From a virus: 64,000 nt of DNA. Below the pieces are notes generated by a model, which saw only the letters and a program-made list of their open reading frames with translations, had not been told where the DNA came from and did no database searches. The first letter of the stretch is position 1; each line of letters begins with the position of its first letter. Position numbers and translations under genes: made by a program. The stretch lies in IMG/VR virus record IMGVR_UViG_3300028394_000038; one strand, 5' to 3'. Below, in pieces: positions 57,418 through 64,000 of this stretch.

Positions 57418-60400
57418 TTATCCTGGAAAGTCTCCAAGTTCTGCGGCGGCTTGAAGATAGCCGTCTCTACTTTCTGCATAACTAACTACGTCTTCTCCTT
57501 CTGCAACTGTAATTTGCGCTTGATTATTTGTTTCTTGGACTCCTGGATTTACTGTAGCTCCGCGAGCCCGCATCCTCATAGCTTCGCCATTATCTTTATC
57601 TTCTTGATCTATTGCGTTATATGCTTCTAACCCAGGAGGATTTTGATTTGCTCTACGTGCTAGATTTAACATCTGTGTAAATTTACCTTTTTCGAATTTG
57701 CTCTTTACGGAGATTATTTTGTATAATCCGCTAAACGGTATTTCTAACTCTGTTTTAATATCTTTTGGAAATGTTAAACTTCCGTCTACATTTAAATCAA
57801 CGGGTGTAAGAAAATTAATTAATATGTCTACTTCACTTGATTGGTAGTCCATTGCTCCGGTAGCTGTAACATTTATTCTGCTAGATGAATTAGTGTTAGT
57901 AAAATTTCCTATGCCGCTGTCAGCCAAATAATATGGGTCTCCTAAAATAGTCATATCTGCTTGAACTTTTTCAGTGCCTAAGTTTAGTATACGTGCTTGA
58001 AAATGTTTTGCCACAAGCGTTTTATAAGTATCGGCATCGCCGCTACCATCACTACTTTTCCATCTGTCAACCTTAGCTAATCCCATAGCAGTTCCTGTTG
58101 CCACATCACCGCCAGATTTAGCGTTGCCTTTAATTGAAGGAACATACGGATGTATACTGTCCGACGGTGCGGCACCTGATTGGCCAAGCCGAGACATTAA
58201 CGCTTCACCTGCGGCAGCTCCTAATCCCTGTGCTAACAACGGAACACCAAAGTTATTGTTTAAAGTTAATTTAAAATCTAATATATCAACATTTTTTCCG
58301 GTGTATATGTAGTTGTATTCTTTAACAGCTTCGTTAACCAGTTGTTGATAACCTTTGCCTGTGATATTAGGCGTTGCAAATAGTGATTGGTGTATCTTAT
58401 ATGGCACTACTCTAAACACTAATAGTTTAGGATTAACACCGGTATTTTCGTTTTGTTTATTAGCTGTTGTTATATAGGCTTGAGTTTCAATTCTAAACCA
58501 ATCATAAAATCCGTCTTTGGGAGTATTTGTTACAGCACTTGTGCAATAATCGCTCATTAACATTACTTCTGTAATTGCATTAATAATACTTGTGCCTTTT
58601 CTAAATACAAATTCTTTTTCTGTTGCATTTACTTGATAAGCGTTGCGCGGATATTTTTTATTTGATAATGCAGGTATTGTAACTTCGCCGGTCCAGTTAG
58701 GATCGTCAGGTTTTTTAGGATCGTGGCCACCTTGAGCGAGTGTAAAATTCATGCTGGCTTTTCCTAATGCACTAAGTTCACCTTCAGCTTGTACTAAAAT
58801 ATTAGTTTTGTTGTCTCTGTTTAATTGAACTCTAGATAAAACATTGCCGCCTCCCGCAGTACCTTCTTTTATATTTGATGTTGCTCCGTTATCCGGAGGA
58901 TCTTGTTGTTTAATTGTTTGCAATTCTGTAGGGAATACAATGGCAATTTCGTCAGGCAAGTACGGTTTTTTTTCATCAGTAGTTGATAACTCTAATAATC
59001 TACTAGATACTAGATGTTGTAAACTATGCGGGCCGCTTTGTAACATTTCAACAACTGTTGATCCAGATATTGCAAAGTCTGCTTTTAAAAAATTATAGTT
59101 ATCGTTTAACGCTAGTTCATTCCAGGCCTGAGACTTTACTTGATATTTGCATCCTGAAGCCGTGATGGTCATATTAATACTGTACATTCTAATTGGAAAA
59201 TATCTAACTGCAACTGTTGATGCTGTGTTATCTCCGTCAGTACCTACAAATTCTAAACTTAATAAGTACGGTGCTTGAGTATAATCTGTATGACCATTTT
59301 GTACTGCGGCAATTTGACAACTTTCTAAGAACTGCCCCATACTGTAAGGTTCGGTCACTTCAAAATCTAAAGTGACTACGTTGGTTCCTTTTGTTGAAGG
59401 TGTTGGAGTAATTTGACACAACATGTCTACGTTATCAATAAAATAATCGTATTTCCCTGAAGGATTATCTACTGGCTGATAAGCAGTAGATACTCTAGAT
59501 TCTGAAAATCTTCCTCCACTGCTTAAAATAATTTTGCCAACTAGTCCTTTTCTATAACTTTCGTCGGGAAAATTTACAGCATCGGCAGATAGACTGCTTA
59601 ATGTAAACAAACAATTACTTGAGACAAATTTTTCTAATGGATTTACTATTGGTAATTTAATTTTTTCTTGGCCGCCTGCACCGTTTGACCCCACGTCAAG
59701 TGTAGTAGCTAAATTTGCTACACTAGTTGCAGAGATATCTGTTCCTCTATCAACATTGGGCAGAATTGTTTCTCTAGGGCCTAAAGTTTGCTCTGCTAGA
59801 ACAGTGCCTGTTACAGGAGCAACATTGCCGCCTGCGGCAGCAGTTGTTGTTGGCACTCCTGAGGCACCGCTTACTGCCCTTGATGCGGCAATAAAAGGAG
59901 TCTTAGGTGATACTCCGTTAGCATCTGAGTCTGCATTTAATCCTTTTTTGACCACTGCACCAGCACCCGATAAGGACGATGCGGCTAACCAACCAGCACG
60001 TTGTTCTTGGGGAGTGTCGGCTGTAAGCCTATATGTGCCTTCTGGGGTTTTTACAGTTTCTAATGTTCTAGCATTGACCGCTGTATATCTTTCATATGCT
60101 TTATCCTGTGCGGCAGAGTTATATAGAAATTCATTTAAATTTTTAGGCTGGCCGCCGGTGCCTACCCAATTGTTTTGATCATATATTGCGGCATTACCTG
60201 CCTTAGCATAGGCTCCGGGTTTTAAGAGGCCTACAGTTTCTAATGCTTGTGCGCCCATTTGATATCCGCCTGCGTATGACAGACGATTTACTCCGTTAGG
60301 TAATCCCCTAGCAGTTGCCTGCGGGTCTATTGGAATATAGTTACTACCGCTCTCGTCTTTAAAACGTTGAGCTCTATATTTCTCGTAATTTTCAGGTGTT

Positions 60401-60423
60401 AATCCTGCAATTGTTGCGGCCAT
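57418..60423 (-). CDS. Baseplate hub-like protein with N-terminal lysozyme-like domain
   Basis: N-terminal ESG.NY...GGYQMG...AQD.A; C-terminal I.GDP...SGLYKI..V.S.F..G.F.Q.L as in gp27/phage late-control D-type hubs. Confidence 0.65.
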   Translation of the reverse strand: MAATIAGLTPENYEKYRAQRFKDESGSNYIPIDPQATARGLPNGVNRLSYAGGYQMGAQALETVGLLKPGAYAKAGNAAIYDQNNWVGTGGQPKNLNEFLYNSAAQDKAYERYTAVNARTLETVKTPEGTYRLTADTPQEQRAGWLAASSLSGAGAVVKKGLNADSDANGVSPKTPFIAASRAVSGASGVPTTTAAAGGNVAPVTGTVLAEQTLGPRETILPNVDRGTDISATSVANLATTLDVGSNGAGGQEKIKLPIVNPLEKFVSSNCLFTLSSLSADAVNFPDESYRKGLVGKIILSSGGRFSESRVSTAYQPVDNPSGKYDYFIDNVDMLCQITPTPSTKGTNVVTLDFEVTEPYSMGQFLESCQIAAVQNGHTDYTQAPYLLSLEFVGTDGDNTASTVAVRYFPIRMYSINMTITASGCKYQVKSQAWNELALNDNYNFLKADFAISGSTVVEMLQSGPHSLQHLVSSRLLELSTTDEKKPYLPDEIAIVFPTELQTIKQQDPPDNGATSNIKEGTAGGGNVLSRVQLNRDNKTNILVQAEGELSALGKASMNFTLAQGGHDPKKPDDPNWTGEVTIPALSNKKYPRNAYQVNATEKEFVFRKGTSIINAITEVMLMSDYCTSAVTNTPKDGFYDWFRIETQAYITTANKQNENTGVNPKLLVFRVVPYKIHQSLFATPNITGKGYQQLVNEAVKEYNYIYTGKNVDILDFKLTLNNNFGVPLLAQGLGAAAGEALMSRLGQSGAAPSDSIHPYVPSIKGNAKSGGDVATGTAMGLAKVDRWKSSDGSGDADTYKTLVAKHFQARILNLGTEKVQADMTILGDPYYLADSGIGNFTNTNSSSRINVTATGAMDYQSSEVDILINFLTPVDLNVDGSLTFPKDIKTELEIPFSGLYKIISVKSKFEKGKFTQMLNLARRANQNPPGLEAYNAIDQEDKDNGEAMRMRARGATVNPGVQETNNQAQITVAEGEDVVSYAESRDGYLQAAAELGDFPG

Positions 60424-60424
60424 A

Positions 60425-60721
60425 TTATATTCCTAATACTCTGAATAATGTAGTTTTTTTAGGAAGATAAATTAGTGTACCTACTTTAAAATCAAAAATT
60501 GGATCTCGTATAACATTCATATTTCGTTGTGTGAACACCCACCATAATTTAGGAGTGCCGTATAAATCTTGGGATAACAAATCCGGTCTATAATTATAGT
60601 GTGAATCAATAGTATAAGGAATATCATCAGGCTCTGCACTAACAGGGCGTATATTAAAATTTCCAAGGTAGCCGTTTGATAAAGAAGTATCGTGCCACGG
60701 ACTAGTAATTTTATATGCCAT
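60425..60721 (-). CDS. Baseplate protein gp53-like (LysM-type)
   Basis: YRPDLLSQDLYG.PKLWWVF...N........G..IYLP. Confidence 0.85.
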   Translation of the reverse strand: MAYKITSPWHDTSLSNGYLGNFNIRPVSAEPDDIPYTIDSHYNYRPDLLSQDLYGTPKLWWVFTQRNMNVIRDPIFDFKVGTLIYLPKKTTLFRVLGI

Positions 60722-61557
60722 TAAATATAACCTCCATCACCAATATAAGTGCCGTTGACAAAGGCATCTAGTGAGAATTGACGTTGTTGTGTTCTACTGT
60801 AAATTGGCATTAGCTGTACTATCAGTGTGCTTTTTACAGGAGCATAGCTGGTATTATTAACATCAAAAGAAATTCCTTCTATAGTCTTAGTTCCGCCTAC
60901 ATTAGCAGAAATATAATCAACATCTTTTGGTAGGTCCATTGTAAAAGTTTTAATCACTACTGGAACATTATTAAAAACATATGCTCCATATCCGTTTAGT
61001 CGAACTACCGGTGGGGGTTGGCCGGCATCCTTTGAATCTCCAAACGACATTTTTGTAACAGATCGCAAATAGTGAGTGGCAGCAATCCAATATGCGGCAT
61101 CAACACTGTTTTCACAATAGAATTCAGCAGTAATAGTAATTTGTTCAACTCTGCTATGGTCATAGGCCATAAAAGCATAATTATTATGTGTGGTGTCAAG
61201 AGAGTTATATGTTGCAGAGTGTGTTATATTAACTTGTGGCGTAAAAGGAAAAATCAAATTGTCACCCGAATTTACTAATGGTTTTAATACTGGGCTTTGT
61301 TTGTATGCTGTATTGTTTGTTGGCAAACTTAATTTTACTCGCCAGTCTACAGAAGAAGCGGCAAACGATACTTCACCAGGAATATGCCCCAAAGGAGCTT
61401 CGCTTCCGCCAAACATTGGACCTCTAAATGCGTTGACTAGTGCGGCGCCGACTGCAACGCCACCTGCTATTTTAGCTAATTTGCTATTGCCTGTTGCGGC
61501 TGCAATACCGGAAATAGCGGTAGCTGTGCTTGCAAAACTATTTAAATCGTTGGCCAT
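60721..61557 (-). CDS. Baseplate tail-tube initiator/cap (gp48/gp54-like)
   Basis: FPFTP.......A.Y, GQPPPVVRL.GYG...F.NVPVVI..F. Confidence 0.65.
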   Translation of the reverse strand: MANDLNSFASTATAISGIAAATGNSKLAKIAGGVAVGAALVNAFRGPMFGGSEAPLGHIPGEVSFAASSVDWRVKLSLPTNNTAYKQSPVLKPLVNSGDNLIFPFTPQVNITHSATYNSLDTTHNNYAFMAYDHSRVEQITITAEFYCENSVDAAYWIAATHYLRSVTKMSFGDSKDAGQPPPVVRLNGYGAYVFNNVPVVIKTFTMDLPKDVDYISANVGGTKTIEGISFDVNNTSYAPVKSTLIVQLMPIYSRTQQRQFSLDAFVNGTYIGDGGYI

Positions 61558-61579
61558 ATTTGGTAATCTCCGTCAGTAG

Positions 61580-61586
61580 TATTTAT
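61580..61586 (-). promoter_or_regulatory. Putative late promoter ATAAATA heading the tail operon
   Basis: ATAAATA-CTACT...GGAG upstream of start 61557. Confidence 0.65.
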
Positions 61587-61614
61587 TGACTTTATTAACT
61601 GCTGACATTATAAT
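61586..61614 (+). promoter_or_regulatory. sigma70-type promoter for the late sigma gene
   Basis: TTGACT-N17-TATAAT, then GAGGAG and ATG 61638. Confidence 0.85.
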
Positions 61615-61637
61615 GTATATGAGGAGTCATAAGAACA

Positions 61638-62501
61638 ATGAAAAAAGTAAACTACCTAAATAACAAAGACTTGTTATTAGAAATACATAGAAGTAAAAAC
61701 AGTTACTCCAGCTATACAAAACCTGAATATCATCAATACGATGTTATTTTGCCTAGCGTAGAAAAGATTAACATTCGAACTATTGCAGAAGCCAAACGAG
61801 TTCGAGCAAAAAGACTAGGTCAACAGGCATTTGAAGCGGCAAAAGCCGTCAACCCCAAATGCAAGTCTGCTGAATTTGAAGTAGATTATAAAACTATCGA
61901 AAAGCCCGATGTTGTATTTCGCATTATGACCTATGATCATATACCGTTAGAACCAGGACGTAAGCGCACACCAAAGACACTGGCCGATCACAGAGAAAAA
62001 GTTAACTTCCCTGCTTTCCAACATTGGAAATTTGACGAACATGATGAACTGGTATGCGTGGGTAAGAGTCATTGGAAAGGCCCGATGAAGACTGGAAAGT
62101 TTTGCAAGGATCACGGACAAGTCACTAACACACTGGCTCGAATGTATATTAAACTTTGCGAACGATATGCTACTCGTGGCAACGTTCGTGGCTACACATA
62201 TAATGACGAAATGAAGGGGCAGGCCATTTTACAGTTAACACAGATTGGTCTACAATTTGACGAATCGAAATCAGACAACCCATTTGCCTACTTTACTGCG
62301 GCAGTTACTAATAGTTTTGTTCGAGTTATTAACATTGAAAAGAAAATGCAAAATATTCGAGACGATATTTTAGAAATGAACGGAATGAATCCTAGTTATA
62401 CCAGAATGATCAATGCAGAGTATGTGGCCGCTGCCAAACGTGATGCAGATTCTACTGCGGTTGTTCCTGTTGGTGACATTGAAGTTGACCCTGCAGAGTA
62501 A
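61638..62501 (+). CDS. Late-transcription sigma factor (T4 gp55-like)
   Basis: NYLNNKDLL, RGYTYNDEM...A, FDESKSDNPFAYFT....NSF.R.I..EKK; upstream of gp47/gp46 as in T4. Confidence 0.88.
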   Translation: MKKVNYLNNKDLLLEIHRSKNSYSSYTKPEYHQYDVILPSVEKINIRTIAEAKRVRAKRLGQQAFEAAKAVNPKCKSAEFEVDYKTIEKPDVVFRIMTYDHIPLEPGRKRTPKTLADHREKVNFPAFQHWKFDEHDELVCVGKSHWKGPMKTGKFCKDHGQVTNTLARMYIKLCERYATRGNVRGYTYNDEMKGQAILQLTQIGLQFDESKSDNPFAYFTAAVTNSFVRVINIEKKMQNIRDDILEMNGMNPSYTRMINAEYVAAAKRDADSTAVVPVGDIEVDPAE

Positions 62502-62514
62502 TTTCTGTTATAAT
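62485..62514 (+). promoter_or_regulatory. sigma70-type promoter (extended -10)
   Basis: TTGACC-N18-TATAAT with TG immediately upstream (TGnTATAAT). Confidence 0.7.
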
Positions 62515-62530
62515 AGAAAAAAGGATTAGA

Positions 62531-63535
62531 ATGTTTAAGAAAGTTGCCTGTTTTACTGACATACACTTTGGATTAAAATCAAATAGCTCAACTCATAATC
62601 AGGACTGCGAAGATTTCGTAGATTGGTTCATTGCGGAAGCTAAAGCGGCTGGCTGTGAAACTGGTATATTTCTTGGTGACTGGCATCATAATAGAAACAG
62701 TTTGAATATCACTACCATGGATTATACCCTACGTAGTTTAGAAAAACTTGGTCAGGCATTTGATAACTTTTATTTCTTTCCAGGCAATCACGATTTATAC
62801 TACAAAGACAAGCGTGATATTCATTCTGTTGAATTTGGCAAGTATGTTCCAGGAATAACTGTTGTTAACGAAATAACGACCATTGGTGATACTACTCTAG
62901 TTCCATGGCTGGTAGGTGACGAGTGGAAGAAGATGGAGAAACTAAAGAGCCGTTATGTCTTTGGTCACTTTGAACTTCCTCTATTTTATATGAACGCTAT
63001 GATTGCCATGCCTGATCACGGTGAACTACAGGGCTCACATTTTAAAAATCCCGAATATGTATTCTCGGGGCACTTCCATAAACGTCAAGCCAAAGCAAAC
63101 ATTGTCTATATTGGCAATGCGTTTCCGCACAACTATGCAGATGCATGGGATGATGACCGAGGAATGATGATTCTTGAACACGGAAACAAGCCAGAATATC
63201 GTATATGGCCAGATGCTCCCAAGTTTAAGACAGTTAAACTAAGTCAACTGATCGACGACGCAGAGTCTCTTATTAAAAGTAAAAGTTATCTGCGTGTGGG
63301 CATTGATATTCCCATCAGTTACGAAGAAGCCAGTTTCATTAAAGAAACTTTTCTAGCACAATACAACATTAGAGAGCTTACTCTTATCCCAGAAAAGAAA
63401 GATACTGAAATTAATAACGATTTAGATGTTGAACATTTTGAATCAGTTGATCAGATTGTCAGCAGTCAGCTGGCTACTATTCAAAGCGACAGCTTTGATC
63501 CAAAAGTATTGCTAGCGATTTACAATAACCTATGA
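62531..63535 (+). CDS. Recombination endonuclease subunit (gp47/Mre11/SbcD-like)
   Basis: DIHFG, LGDWHH, GNHD, GHFE, SGHFH metallophosphoesterase motifs. Confidence 0.95.
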   Translation: MFKKVACFTDIHFGLKSNSSTHNQDCEDFVDWFIAEAKAAGCETGIFLGDWHHNRNSLNITTMDYTLRSLEKLGQAFDNFYFFPGNHDLYYKDKRDIHSVEFGKYVPGITVVNEITTIGDTTLVPWLVGDEWKKMEKLKSRYVFGHFELPLFYMNAMIAMPDHGELQGSHFKNPEYVFSGHFHKRQAKANIVYIGNAFPHNYADAWDDDRGMMILEHGNKPEYRIWPDAPKFKTVKLSQLIDDAESLIKSKSYLRVGIDIPISYEEASFIKETFLAQYNIRELTLIPEKKDTEINNDLDVEHFESVDQIVSSQLATIQSDSFDPKVLLAIYNNL

Positions 63536-64000
63536 TAAAAATAAAAGACCTAACAGTTAAAAACTTTATGAGCGTGGGTAATGCTACGCAGGCAGTGGAC
63601 TTTAAGAAAGGGCATCTTACACTTGTACTAGGCGAAAACTTAGATCAAGGCGGTGATGACAGCGGAAGTCGTAACGGTACAGGTAAAACTACTATTGTTA
63701 ATGCACTTAGCTATGCTATCTTTGGCAATGCACTGACTAATATTAAGAAAGATAACCTAATCAACAAGATCAACAGTAAGAACATGCTGGTTACTGTTGA
63801 GTTTGAGAAAGACGGCATTCTTTATAAGATTGAACGCGGTCGTAAACCCAACATTCTTAAGTTTTATATTGACGATCAAGAACAAGAAGCCGCAGATGAT
63901 GGTCAAGGTGACAGTCGCGAAACACAAAAAGACATTGATGCTCTGCTAGGTATGAGCCACGATATGTTCAAGCATATTGTAGCATTAAACACCTATACAG
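63532..64000 (+). CDS. Recombination ATPase subunit (gp46/Rad50/SbcC-like), 3'-truncated
   Basis: MIKIKDLTVKNFMSVGN...RNGTGKTT.VNALSYA.FG; ATGA overlap with gp47; runs off the window. Confidence 0.93.
   Translation, partial: MIKIKDLTVKNFMSVGNATQAVDFKKGHLTLVLGENLDQGGDDSGSRNGTGKTTIVNALSYAIFGNALTNIKKDNLINKINSKNMLVTVEFEKDGILYKIERGRKPNILKFYIDDQEQEAADDGQGDSRETQKDIDALLGMSHDMFKHIVALNTYT

Noticed and set aside
27939-61579. Many + strand ORFs of 60-180 aa within the tail operon, and short alternative-frame or - strand ORFs within the 1-27 kb genes
   Set aside because: They lie inside longer, motif-bearing genes, lack SDs and recognisable motifs, and have the composition expected of antisense or frame shadows.
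1-64000. Stop-codon reassignment as in some large phages
   Set aside because: Code 11 gives dense, full-length genes including a 5155-aa ORF, with no fragmented core genes.

Overview
This 64 kb window is a fragment of a large, AT-rich, T4-like (myovirus-type) phage genome in the standard genetic code; both ends cut through a gene. The + strand from 1 to 27.9 kb carries: Dps and a set of probable head-packaged proteins with a shared N-terminal leader, a structured GC-rich intergenic RNA candidate, a fatty-acid desaturase, a family B DNA polymerase and probable sliding clamp, and a dispersed 7-deazaguanine module (TGT/DpdA-like transglycosylase, QueD-like, FolE, QueE; no QueC in the window). 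Interleaved with that module are a GT-B glycosyltransferase, a cupin, a phosphoribosyltransferase, a HIT hydrolase, a CDGSH protein, an orphan PD-(D/E)xK-like nuclease and a BI-1/YccA protein. These are followed by RNase H, a MoxR AAA+/vWA pair, DHFR and ThyA. The - strand from 27.9 to 61.6 kb is a baseplate/tail-fibre operon that includes a 5155-aa protein. The + strand from 61.6 kb to the end encodes a gp55-like late sigma factor, gp47 and the start of gp46. Two promoter classes are readable: near-consensus sigma70 promoters and an ATAAATA late motif. The best candidate for an undescribed system is a clamp-associated 7-deazaguanine DNA-modification pathway that may add a sugar, possibly paired with a modification-sensitive nuclease. 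Also notable are an unassigned multi-stem ncRNA and capsid-targeted polyproteins. All product calls come from motif recognition by eye; no searches were run.
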